A stretch of 63,418 nt of DNA, counting the filler, from Choristocarpus tenellus KU-1152 (Eukaryota > Protista > Phaeophyceae): assembly GCA_964200185.2 (NCBI GenBank). It is 9 parts of 9 records of this genome, joined end to end, with 100 filler letters (N's around TTAATTAATTAA, not from the genome) between each part and the next. Parts side by side here need not be neighbours in the genome. Positions count along the whole stretch, not along the records: positions 30,847 to 57,093 come from CAXNAD020000170.1; 8 more parts are not named here. One strand, written 5' to 3'. Position 1 is the stretch's first letter, and each line of letters starts with the position of its first letter. The notes under the pieces are model-generated. The model did not search any database and was not told the origin of the DNA. It worked only from the letters and a program-made list of their open reading frames with translations. Positions 37,101 through 50,800 of this stretch are shown here, piece after piece. The position numbers and the translations under genes are program-made.

Positions 37101-40100
37101 GCCATATTGTATTGGCAACTAAAGAGGTCTTGTTCATTCATCCCAATGACCTGGTTGCCACTACCAGTCTCTGACTGATGCAAAAATCATTCCTTCTGTC
37201 CTGTCACTCCTCCATATAAGCATACGCAGTTGAGTGACTTTGAGGTTTGGATACAATGCACAATAGAACATGAGATGTGCATGACAGGCTTCAGCGGTAT
37301 AGCACTTGAGATAACAAAACAGCTCTGGTGCTCTATTCAGCCATCTGTAGTCCAGGAGGATGGGTTGATATTTTGTTAAAGTGAAGCACATCGATTACAT
37401 AATTATCAATCTTATCAACAAGCTGCACTATACACCCCAGACTTTTGCTTGGAAGGCGAAATGGATGTGATCAGTTCTCAATCCAGAAAGGTCTTGGCGT
37501 GATTATGTATACCATGGTTTGTGCGAAGTATTGCGTCATCTATTGATACTTGCACTATGGCAATTATTGAAAGCAGGTGCTGTTGTCTTCATCATGTGTC
37601 AAGAGTCACACGACTCATGAATGGTAAACGGCTACATTGAGATGTTGGAGCCTTGGATTGAAGCTTAATTTATCACCTTTCCAGGTTGCACTGAGAGACG
37701 AGCTGGTATTGTATGGTTTCCTACTTGTTGTGGGTTTAGCATCTTCTGCCTTAGCAAATGATACTTCGTGAGATTTTGCACATTCCCCAATTCAATATTG
37801 TGGCGTATTATTCCCTGTGACAAAAAATAGCAATTTCCTTTCGCCTATCCTAGCCCAGTGCTAATACAAATCCATTTCCTCTGGTAAGCTGTGTGAGTTC
37901 CTTACCCCTTCTCCAACTTCGAAATATTTTCTCCTATTTCAATTAGGGGTGGGGGAGACTCCCAAGAGTATCATTGAAAAATTGGATTATATCTGAAGAA
38001 AAATTGGAAGATGTGATTGTCCATCCCTACACACTTGAACTAATTTCGAGGCAATTCTGGGGATGATGGTTTGAAATTTACTCTCATTGCCCCTCAGTTG
38101 GTGCACCAGCAACTCCATTTACTGCCTGCCACCATCAAAGAGGAAAATCGCTTCAATTGATGATATATTCTTCACTGGAGCGAGCACCTTTCGTGTCGTC
38201 TTGCAACAGATGATCAACGTAAATCATCCTGTTCCTGGTGCACGCGAAGTATACAATATACGTTTGAGCATGAAGTCCATGATAAACATGTTTGAGAGTG
38301 CTGTCGATTCTGGGAGCTTTTCCCTCCTGCTATATTCTTCACAGAACCTGCCGTAGGCTGATCACAGGCACTAGTACATTAGGCTGTCACACACCTCTAT
38401 TGGACTGAACAAAGCAACCCTGACTCAGTGTCTCTTCCTCTGAGTTCATTATTATAATCGTGTGGCTCCTTAAATATGTGCACAAGTCACCACTTTGCGC
38501 ATTATTTTTCAAAACCATTCAAGATTTTACATAGTTCTCATCGAGCTTTCACGGTCTACCAAGAAGTATGTGCTCTATCTCATTTGACACATGTGTGTGT
38601 GTGTCATCCCTTCTGTAACCTGAGTCCGACATTTCCTGTGCAAATGTGTAACCCTGAAACAATGCATTGCATTCACTTAACATACTGCTGCACTCCAAGG
38701 GTGTCTAGGCACAACATGTCTGGTGGAGATTGTACATATTTATACTGTTGGCGTGCCTCAGGCATCCCATTTCGATTTGAAGAAGACAACTAGAGCTGTC
38801 TAGCAGGTGGTCTTAGGTGCAATTTCTCTAGCTGAAATATTATGGACACAAACAAGAGTGGATTGGGATTAATGTGCGGTGGATCACATAGTAGTGCAAT
38901 CACTATCAGTGAGCCCTTCTTCGCACCTTGTATGAGGTCAAAAACGACAGGAATGATCTGGGCGTCTGATACACATGTCGTCGCATTTGAGCCAAGTAGT
39001 TGGAGCACTCGTCTGTTACCATACGGTGCACCATTCCCATATGAGTGATCAGTTCCTGCTTTATCTGAGAGGAAGTAAAGATATGTAGTAGTAGCATGAA
39101 CAGGCGTATCAAGACGAAGTAGTCATACAAAGTAGAGGTAAATCAATACCTTGTAATGACAATGCGTAATATAACAGAAGGTATTACTTTGACGTCAATA
39201 TTTGTATATGTTCACCCCTCATTTCTCTTTCCCACTTCAAAGTAATCGTGATTCCAAGTATGAAGATGAACAAAGGTGATTCGTTTGCTTCCTTTTGTAG
39301 ACCAGAGGGATGCATCTCTTCTCTGCATTCCTCCGCCACCACCACCTCAAATACACCAACTTATGTAAGCTTCCTCTCATTACCACCACAATTTTTGAGA
39401 AAGATATTATCATAAAGACTAAGAGGGGCTAGAAACACAACCTTTTTTCAAGTAGGAAGGAGAAGAAAACCAGAAGTGACCCCCCAGCTTCAAAGTGTCT
39501 TTCTTGCTTTTATCATCCCACTTGCCTCATTTGAACATTCTATTGGTGCATCCCCAATGAAATTGCTGGACACAGCAACAAGAGCCTCAGCTGGCCATGG
39601 AAGAAACCAGTTGATTGTACATCCGTTCACAAGGCCTGGGAACTTCCTCGCACGTTCGGGGAACCTGTAGAAGATAAAAGGTCAGGCACAGATGATCAGG
39701 TGCTAAAGGTAATTTAGAGGCACACACTTTTTCATTGCACTGTGTGTAAAATACTGTACGCAATATTAATATTCCCCCTTTTCGCACACAAAGTGACACA
39801 AGGCTCAAAGTATCTGGGGAGGGGGGGGGCTCTACAACAGGGTATCTATTCGGCCCCTGACAATGAAAGGTGTACTTACATTATCCATCCCATGCATGTA
39901 ACCAAATTACCAAAAATGGTCCCCAAATGGACAGCCGTCACCCCCCCCCCAGATACTTTGAGCCCGATAATTCAGCAAAGGCTCTTTCTGCGATTATAGT
40001 ACAAATGACCCATTCTTGGCATTTCTCAGAATTCTTAAAGTCCATCCTTGTCGACATCTTAATTACTTTGACTCCAACTGTTGTCATTCATTTTGACATC

Positions 40101-43100
40101 AAGCATCAAAGAGAGGGAGGACAAAAGTATAACGAATGGAATTTTTCAGGGGAAACTAATACTGCAGGGCAGTACTTGAAGACAGCTTCTTACTTACATA
40201 CCTGAACTCCATTGCGGCTGCTCATAAGGGATGCAACGCCTCATGTTAGCTTGTTAGATGAAAACGTTTCGATCCTTGAGATGGGATCCAACTGAGATAA
40301 TGCTTATAAATCTGGTGACGGATTCAAATGTGGACAAGGTGTCTCATATTTTGCCAACTCACTTGGCGCTGACAGGTGACATGCACAGAATGCAGTGCAG
40401 GTTAGCCTTCACCCTGTCAATGAAGCACCTAGTCAAATTATCGGGGGTGTCAACGAAGTCTGGCTTCGTCTGGAGAGCAAATGGACGAATCTCTGCAGAC
40501 ATCATTTGGAGCTCGTCCTTTCATTTTACAATGCAATGCAGTTAATGGTTTAGTTAGAGTCTGATGAAAATTGTGCAAAGAAGAGCAGGCGATAATCGAT
40601 TGGGACATGAGTGAGCACAGAGCATAGTTCAACCAATATATGACAAACAAAATATTGCCAAGGAATATCATGAAGAAATTTTCAATTTGAAATGCGCCAG
40701 ATTATCAGCAGAAGAAGTGTGCAGAGTGTTTGCATGGTCAAGACTACAATGCTTGGACAAAAATACATCGGTGGCCAGGCAGACGAAAAAGTGTAGGAAT
40801 ATAGAAATAGGGAGAAGCTTTCATTACTAGGGGCAAGACAAGGCTTGAGATGGTATAGTCAACGAAATTGAGTTCAAGTCCTTTCTTCCCTATGACGGAT
40901 CAACACCCCTGTAGAGGTGATTGCTCAGATCCTATACTATGAAGTATAAAATATTTCGAGATATTAAGTGGCTCCAGGATGTGTTATTCTGTTCTTGAAG
41001 TGGATTAATCTTGCATTGATAATTTTCCCAGTATTGCTTTGAATATGTGAAGATTATTGGAGAAATTGGGCATAGCATATCCTATACATTCTAACCTTAC
41101 CCGCCATACTTTCTCTCAGTATACTGTTCATTGCTGAGTGCTTTCTGGTGTCAAGTTTTTCAATCAGGTCTCAGGACTATGGATTAAGTGAGTTTAGTAG
41201 ATCCACTATGGCCTTTCAGTTTCGGACATGCACTGATCTTTACCAAGGTTTCAAATGACTGAAACAGATTATTGGAATTCAAATGATATTTGATAGGCGA
41301 CATGGATCATGCTGGGTAGGTTCTCAGCCTCTGAATTGGTAAAACATTGAGATAGCTCTGTTCCACGGGGCCAGAGAGTCAACTGACTGTGTTCCCTGAT
41401 GAAACAGTGGGACCTTAGTGCTTGACACTGAGGTTGTTTCACTACATCCTACGAAAAAGTACACTCTGTATGCAGTGCAGGGCGTACCTTGGGGAAGAGG
41501 TTGGGGACATCACCAGTCATCAGGATGCTGTTCATTATTTCGAGGAACATATCATCCTTTATTTCTGCCTCCGTCATGATGAATGTTGTCGGTTTGCCTT
41601 GCTGACCACATAATTTGTACAATGACCTTGGCAAGACGAAGTGAATGGGGCACATGACAAAAAATAATTTATTTCATGTTTCATTTTAAGAATCCCGAGA
41701 AATGGTAAAGGATGCAATTTTGTAGAATTGGAGAAAAGCTTTAATTTAATTTTGATGTTATTTGTGTGTAGAACGGGGGAATATCATTTTTGGATAACCT
41801 ATTGTGTATAGCATAGGCACCATGACAGATGACCAAGAATAAATGCAAGAACAGGTAGTCTATATGGGTGGATTGTAACATTCTCTTGCCTGATGCATGG
41901 ATGAGATTAGTCGCTCTAAGAATACTCCCTCTGTCCCATAACTCTTCGATGCTAAGGGTGTAACTTCCCGAGATGACCTTCAATGAAGTAACAGTTTCAA
42001 TGGATTCCTCGATGTTTTTTACGTGAAATACATACTTCGTCATTTTCAGTGTATACGTTACTCCACCAATCCACCGCCGTGTCAAAGGCCCCTTTGTCGA
42101 TTCTGACCGATTTTGGCAGACTTCTCCCACGCCTCCTTCTGTTAATTCCGGTGTGCTGTACCTCGAAATCGTTACCCCCTAGCGCATTTAATACTTGATT
42201 GCAACGCGTAAAGAGACTCTGTCACACCCTCTCTAAAGTAGCTGCGGCGTACGCGTATACAATCCCAGTGTAATGGGACCGACAACGACCGTTTTTCGGT
42301 TCAAATTCTCGGAATAGATTCAGAACTATTTCGGAACATAATGCCAAAACCAAAAACCCTCTCCAACCAATTATATGCAGAGTTCAATTAGATCACCAGA
42401 AAGTCTTAATATTCATGAGAAAATGGCCAAAGGAAGGAGCAAGTAGTACGATATGTATCCCATCTACCTGGTTGATGCTATAAAGTTTCTGTTGTTTATC
42501 AGTTACCTAGAGGTCAGGTGACAGTCACATGGGGGAAGTCCTTGATGACTTGAAGCATCCTTACTGACCTTAAGTCATCAAGGAAAGAATTGAGGTTGTA
42601 TGTCTTCGATATCGCGATCTGGAAGGTATGATTGCCCGCAATATAGCTTGCCAGGCGGGTAAGGCTCTGCTTGCCTGAGCCTCCCACTCCTACAAAGAGC
42701 ATATTGCCGCAGGGCATGCCCAGGATGCGTGATACTCGGATAAGATGCTTGAGAGCATCATCAAAGAGCACAAGATTCATCTGTGTGGATCATGGGCAGC
42801 ACATTCCATAAGATAATGAAACATATGCTTGTGTAGGAGGACACGGACACTTGTTGAGATGCACGTCATATCTACCTATTGCACTACAGACCTACATGCT
42901 GAAATTGAACTTGCATCTACCGTCACCACTAAATCCACAGCAAGAGGAAGTCATCAAATGGTATCAAGACAGGAAGGACACGCAATGCAGCAAGGAAAAT
43001 GCCATATTTAATGCACATCACTTCGAGTATTATGCATAGATTCAACAAGAAAAAACCTTGCTTCCTATGTTAGAATTCCTTAGCATCTCAATTTTTTCCC

Positions 43101-46100
43101 GACTCATGGTTATTCCTTGAACTTCACTGTATGTAGATTGGAAATATATATGTTCCTGAGACTTTAATAGGGCTCCTTGCAGAGAGAGTTCCCCCCACCT
43201 TCTGGGCTGGGAATTCTTCATTGTACTGGTGGGCGAACGCCTCTATCCTCATGCGCAGGTCTTCTAGGCTTGGTCCAAGCTCATAGATTTTCGGTGCTTC
43301 CTCTGTGAGAACCTGTGTTTGCCAATTGGTCAACGATTATTGCAGCAGAAGGGGATCAAAATTTGGAAAATAGTGTATGCTCAGGTTGTGGGATTAAGAA
43401 TTCATGGCAGGTACCCAAGATACACAGCTTGTTTGTACAAAATAAATGTTTTGGATCAGGCAGGATTCCTGGTTCATGCTAAGATTTTGCAAATGTTTGG
43501 AGTAGATTGAAACGCTTTTTGAGCACAACCTACGGAAAATATATTTTTCGTCTTGAAATACTTTGAAGTACATCACCTACTGGGATGACACTCTTGAAAA
43601 CAACATTTTGGAGCTGATCTCCGCTGATGAAATGAAATGTACATATTTGAGCAGTTGCTTGATTTCCCTCGAGAAACTGAGAGAGTTTAGAGTTCTGCAA
43701 GTGATTTTTATTATTTGTGCAAGAGCTTTTTTCAGTAACTAGCCAATCTCCTTAATATCCTTGAATCCTGAACTTGATCCCAGAGTCTCTTGAGTATCTG
43801 AAAATTAAGCATCAGTCTCCTAGACATACACCATTCTACCCCAGAGTATTTCCACTTGGAATGTATCCCCGCTACTATCACAAGGGATATGCTTCCACGT
43901 ATATGCTTGATTATTTATTTATTATATGCATAAGCAAGCAAGTGCTAGATCATATCTCAATATGACAATATCTGAAGCGATTTTCCTTGAATAAAGATGT
44001 CTTCTTCTGCTCCACTACTTCGAAACTGCCAGGGAAAAAAAACAAAACATGTGCTCACCCCGTCATCATCATACTTGTCATCACGAAGGAAGTCAACGAA
44101 ATTAGCTTCCTGCAGGACACAATTCTGGAGTGTCATCTCGTCCACTTGTGGGGACCTGGCGTTTGGATCCTCTGGAGCTTCTCCTGTCACCATTTCACAG
44201 GTGAGCTTGTTCCCCTTTTTTGAAATGTGACAGAGGGGGGTAGCCCGTATATACATGTTATTTGTTAAGGAATCACAGCCAGAAGATAAACTTTCCAAAC
44301 ACTCAGCCACTCAAATCGCTCAGGACTGTTACAAATGCCCAACTAGATATTGTTTCGGATCTCATGTCTCATCCCAGTTGATCTTACTCCTTCTTACCAC
44401 ATCGACACTTGTGCAATCACCTCATCTGATTGTATCACTGCACGCCCTAGGATGAGTGTTTGCATGTCCAGTTCTTTCTGAAATGCTATCATGTCTTCAA
44501 GAGTTGTCAGCTTGTCTGAGAACACTCGTGAGCACTCGTGACGCCACAATTTCACCAGGCAGACCTCGGTAGGGAGACTGGACTTGGGTGTTCGGAGTAC
44601 CCCCTGTTATTAAATATATAAATGATGTTGTTGTGGGCAAGGCATTTCTTAGCTGGTGTGTAGATGTAGGGAATCTTATTCCTCGGGTTTCATTGCAATT
44701 GTCTGGGACATTGTTGCTCTGTAGCATTCCAGAGTGTTCTGGGTGTTAGGAAAAACAAGTCATATTGATCAGCTCCCTTACATTTGTATGTATTGCAATA
44801 TGACGTACTACATAGGCACCAAAGCTTACCGCTCCTCTCTTACTGTACACAAAATTCGCACCTGAAAAACCCTGGACAGCTCACGCATATTGAAGTTATA
44901 GTGGAATTTGGATGGAGAAGGCAGCATCTTTGTCCTCATCCAGCGCCACAATGATGTTGTTGCTGAAGGTAGGCGCTTGGCAAAGGAGCAGAATGTTTGC
45001 CTGTGCTCAGTCGCTGGAAATCTCCCGTCCACCTTTTGTGTCGATTGATGAGTAAACGCAAGCAGTGTGGAAGGCCTAAGGCATGCAGGTTGAACAATTT
45101 TCCTGGTACAGACAATGCCGAGCCATCCCTCTATTTCAATTTTCTGCACTACCATTTCTAACCCATATGATTCTGATGTACATGTAAGTAGCTTACAATT
45201 GGGCCTCTTCTCTAGCACCCCCCATTCGGACAAATATCTGGGGAGAGGGACCAAATATTAACATATACATATACATAAACATATACATATATATATAATA
45301 TATATATATATATATTGAGACAGGTGAGGGGGCATGGCATCTGGTCCTAATGAATAGCCATTTGTATATTCTAATGTCTATTCTGGTTCACTTGTTTATT
45401 ATTTTTCATTTTTCACAAGTTGTCGACAGAAAATGAGAGTAAAGATACCCTGCCGTTGAAAAGAAGGGACATAATAGGCGTGTGCCATATGTTGTTTCCA
45501 AAACTGCGACTGAAAGAATATATATATTTTGTTCGAAACTGGGACAGCGTAGCAGAGGTATTGAAGATTCAAACGCAGATCTGCGAGGGCAAATTGATAT
45601 CTCACCATCTGCCCGTATATAGATTTGATGCTCTCCTCCGAGGGCACAATCATGTTGAAGATGAAAAAGTGCCTTTTGAGGCGATTGGGGATGTTGTTCT
45701 TTCCTGGACCTGGGTGGTTCATGGCTCCGACATACTGAAGATCCTCTAAAACCTGTGCTTTCCAGGGGGACACAATTTGTCTACATGTTTGGGAAGCTTA
45801 AGGCTATTGGTCTGGACAGGTTATTGATACCGACCAACATTGTGGTTGTATTGCTTGTTCTTTAGACCTTAATAAGATGGGCTTCTAGTCCAGGTTCAGA
45901 ATTGCTCTACAGCACTATTATTCCTGCAAAATATGCAAATGCAATCATGAATAGTATTGTATCTGACTTGCTTCTCCCACCACTTACCTTGAGGTCCCCT
46001 CTCTTGTCCTTGTCAAGGAAGCAGAATCCTCCTGTCTGAACAAGTTGTCGGACAATCTCCAAGGTAGGCTGGTCCCCCCAGTCGTTGACCTTGTATTTTT

Positions 46101-47779
46101 TTCATAGACCACAGAGAGATTGACAGCTCTACCAACCGAAAAATAGTAACCAGGTCTGTTTCGAATCCAAACTGTCACATTGCTGTGAGCAATGAATACT
46201 GTTCACTCTTGTTTAACAGCTGCCACATTTTCTTCATTGAACAGCAGTGAATTTTTGTGTCACTCTCAATTAACGAAATCTGTCACTGTGCTGAAACTAT
46301 TGAGGTATACACCCAATTATTGCAGGACCACCACCAACAGTTCATATGGCAGTACAACAGATACTTATATACCTCTGGCATGCTGAGGTCATCCAGGAAT
46401 ATAGTCATGTGGCATCCTGACGGTGGTCCGAAATTCTTGCCGCCTCTCTTGTCCAGCTCCCCTTCAATGCTCGCCTGTGAAGGGTTCAAAATTGTCTTTT
46501 CTAAACTCTCCAGGAGCAAGTGAGATTACATTCCTCGAAGATTGAAAATCCATGTGACTCCGGTATCAGTTTTCCCAAACCAGTTGTTGTTATTGGAGCT
46601 CAAATACAGATGATACGAAACATGAGCGTGATCGCTTATCGTGAACCCAAAAATTCAATCATTTAACTATGGGTGCGAGAGATGCTTTGATGTGACAAAA
46701 TCTATTGGACAAAGAAAAAAAAATGACACCGCCAATTGTAATAAGGTGTTTGTGATGTCTTAGCCAGAACATCATCTCAGTGCAGTTCACATGTGATACA
46801 CTCATGGTGACACATTCCAGCCCCCCCAAACTGTAGCCTTCGTATGAAGTTTCCACGTGAATTTTTATCACAGTCTCCAATCCAGCTTCCTTGACCTGGA
46901 TCATTCCAGGCGTGGTGGCTGAAGAAAAGTTGATTCTCTTGACCAACATTGAATCCCGTTTGAGGGAGTCAAAGTATATGAGCGCAGTAGTGGTCTTGGC
47001 AGTCCCGCTCCCTCCCACCATCAGGACTGGGTGCCGGTGTTTCTGTTTGATTGGGTGGAGAAATATTTTTCTTTCATCCACCCTGTTTCTGAATGTAATC
47101 TAGGGCCTTTGTAAGTTGCAACAGGAGGTAATGCGGCATACTTAGATGTCTAGAACCACGATTCATTCTTTGAGGAGTAGTAGCATCCCACATTGTCATT
47201 CTTCTTGTCAGGCCTTCTTTTGTACACAATTATTGAACACTGCCACATACCCAAACGATCTTCTCATCCCCTCGAAACTGTGATTTGGGTTGACGAAAGT
47301 GGTGCAACAATAAGACCAACAAACTAGACTGGGGTCTATTCATGGATAAGTGCATGTGGAGCAAATGGGGAGATAAACTCAAATGCAGAACCAGGAAATC
47401 CTTTATTTATTCCCCATCATTGTTTTTTTTTTCTCACCTGTAAGTGATGGACGATTGCAACTGCACGAGTGGAGTCGAGGGTTGGCACAAGCAAGCTCTG
47501 GAAGTCAACCTCCGGGAGGGCTAGAGGGTACTCCCAATCAGCGACTGTCCACTGCTCCCATTGCAATGTGTCGAGGTTTACAACATGATCAAATATTGTT
47601 TTCCCTTGAGAGGCCACAGCATGCTGGGAAATGAGTGAGTCATTTCCATTACTAGCACTTTGGAGTGACCGAGGGGATTCAGCAAGATCCCGAAGATCTG
47701 TTGAGGGCATGTTGCTTGAGTCCACCTGCTTCAAGTACTGATCAAACCTGTGTCGTTAAAAGTAGCAAGGTAAGAGGAA

Positions 47780-47820
<41 letters not shown>

Positions 47821-50800
47821 GAGAGATAGAGAGTTTGGGGGTGTTGTTTTACCTGCGAAAACAAATCGATAAATTTAACGACACGATTTGACCTATTGAT
47901 AGAGTTCCCAAGTAGGAAGGGCTTAAGCATATTCCTACTCACTTATGAGTGAAAGTATCTTAGAGGGTACGAGTTTTTCCCTGTTTGTCCATTGGGGCTT
48001 GGCTTCCCACAGGTTTTTATTACATTTTATCTACTTCAAAATTTTTCAGAGTGTGTAAAATTTATTCTTTATGAAAAGGTGTGTTCGTAAAAAGGATATT
48101 GGCATCTCCTAACAAACATGATCGCCAAAATTACATCAAAATTGCAACATTGGATTTTTGCTCCCAAATGGACGTGGCTCTACCCTCTAAGATACTTTGA
48201 CTTTATTGTACTACTTTGACAGCTCAAGAGAGACAATTATGAGGCTATTTTCGCTAGTATTCACACTACAAATTACTTTGATGTCTACTTTTTCTGATGT
48301 ATCTCACTATTTCACTATTTTCATGATTTCAATGTAGTTTTTCTGACCTTCAGAATTATACCTGCAGCTTGTAGGTTTTCGTTGGAGAGGTACCAGTATA
48401 TATATATACATATACTAGAAAAAAATATGGGTCCACAAGTGTATCTCTCCCCACTGACTACTGATCTAGAATCATACATTTTAGTTGCTCGTGATGCAGG
48501 CTTGCAATTCATATGATATCTGCCCACTGACAATGATGAGTTTTGCAGCATATGCGGAGTCACTCCGCTACTTTTGGTGGTGTAGTAATTCATTTCTTTT
48601 TTATTATTTCCTTTCAATTACACCCGTTATGTTGTCGGTGGGCATGTTCCTTTTGAACTCACTTAAACCTAGGAAACTTTCATCATGCAAATGCCTCAAC
48701 CAAGGTTCCTCATTCATAGATATTCCAGGGTGCAGGGAGGGGTGTGATTTCCGTAAAGCAGAAGAGCACGCTGGACTCTATTATCCAACTCTATGGAATA
48801 GGTTCTCTTCTCCAAGCCAGAAATTCCATACCTAAACCTGTCCTCTGGTTCCATTAGCCCGCCCACCGACCATGACATGCTGAATAGGAAGAGTCGCTCC
48901 AGCTCACGCCCCATATCTGCTGCACTCTCACTGAAGTCTGCCATCTCCATTAATCCTGACAGTAGCCGCAGTAATGCCTTCAATGACAAGGGTAGAGAGT
49001 ACCACTATCCATCAGTCATAAACTACTGTGGTATAAATGTAGCTTAAGAATATAGGAATATGGGTAGAGTCTTAGCAAGCCTCCCTAAGTAGGGAGCGAC
49101 CTTGCCCCCGATTGAAAGGGTTGTGTCATCAGAACTTTGAACTATACATAAGAACAGGACCTCCCTTTGGGCATGCTACTTTGAAAGAAAACGTCAACAT
49201 GTACTTTAGTAGAAAGCAGATGACATTTTGGTATGGTACGAACTGGCTCTCTCTCACCTGGATCATGCCCACCCGAGAGGATGACATGACAGGATGGCAA
49301 GATCTGGCAAGGAAAGTAAACACGTGACCAGGATCATTCGACCCTGCGCACTCCCCCACAAATTTCCTGCTCAACATCGAGTTGAAGGATGGTTTGGGGG
49401 GAAGTATGGGATAAAATATATTCGTCGTTGCTCCATCTTCAATGTGGCACTTGCACGGGAATAGAAGATTCGAAATTTTCAAGCTCAGAATCCTTTCATT
49501 CCTTATGTTACCCACTTAAAACATTCCTTGAGAGTGAACGCTTGGTCAGCTGGAAGACGCTTCATCCAGCTCTCCACAACTGGCTGCCAGTCCAGGTCGC
49601 TGTCAGATACAAAGATGATTCCAGCCCGAGAAACAGTGGCTGGTGAAGCATTTCTGAGGTCCTCAACCTGGAGTTGAAAAGCATTGAAAGTTACTTTTGA
49701 TCTAGAGAAGCAAAGTAACATCAAATTGCACAGGAAGGCTGAAGAGATTGCAAACAATGAATTTTCTTGATGTATTGCCATGGTAGTTATCTATATGTGA
49801 GGGTTAGGGTTTTTGTTCTACTGCGAATAAAGTAGTGGTGGTTCTGTTTCATTGACGATTCCAATTTTGTAGTTGAAAGTCCCTTTTAGAGCTGTGGATA
49901 GGCCAGGAAATATACTGGGCGAGTTATCACATTGACATTATCAAATCATGCACCTATGAGTGTTGTTGGGGTCGATTCTTCCAGATGATAGAAATACATA
50001 TGTTTTCCCCCGAAAAAATCAGTGTGTGGGATTGTGACTGTTGGGTTCCTTGTAATAAATGTGCCTGAAAGAGTGTTTAATTTCCTCAGAGTCTTCACAC
50101 CAGCACTATGGGAATGAGAGAGATATAGCGACCAATGGAAGGTGTCGACTACATAGCATATGCTGATCTCTCAGCAAGGAAGGACAGAGAGTGTAATTCG
50201 TGCCCTAGGCTCGTGTTTGGGCCAAAGCATTTGAGAGGGTAGGAGTTTTTCCCTGTTTGTCTGTTCAGGACTTGGCTTTGGGTTAGGGTTTTTATGCCTT
50301 TTTTTGGTTTTCTGTATGAACACTAACCCTAACCCTAAAATGTACAGGACTATGAAAGGTGCGTCCGGAGCAAGGATATTGACCCAAAGAATATGGGGGG
50401 GGGGGGGGGGGGGGGGGGGGCACCCGGGGGGTCGTTTGGACCAAAAAAAAAAAAAATTTTTTTTCATTCTCCAAAAACAACCAAAAAACAAANNNNNNNN
50501 NNCAAATAATATAAAAAAAAAAAAAGAAGAGAGGGGGGGAGGAGAGGTCTACACCGGGTGTCCATTTGGACCAAAATCAGAAAAAGTTCATTTACATTAT
50601 CCATCCAACGTATGCAACCAAATCACACAAAAATCATGACAAGAAACATTGACCCCAAATGGACAGCCGCCACCCCCCCCCCCAGATACTTTGAGCCATT
50701 GACACTTGCTAACAAGCACGATCACCAAAATGCATCAAAATTGCAACATTAGATTTACAATCCCGAATGGATACGGCCCTACTACTCTCTTAAATTCTTT

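Noticed and set aside
38087-38360. Possible transposase remnant for the MITEs
   Set aside because: No catalytic motif or flanking TIRs could be identified.
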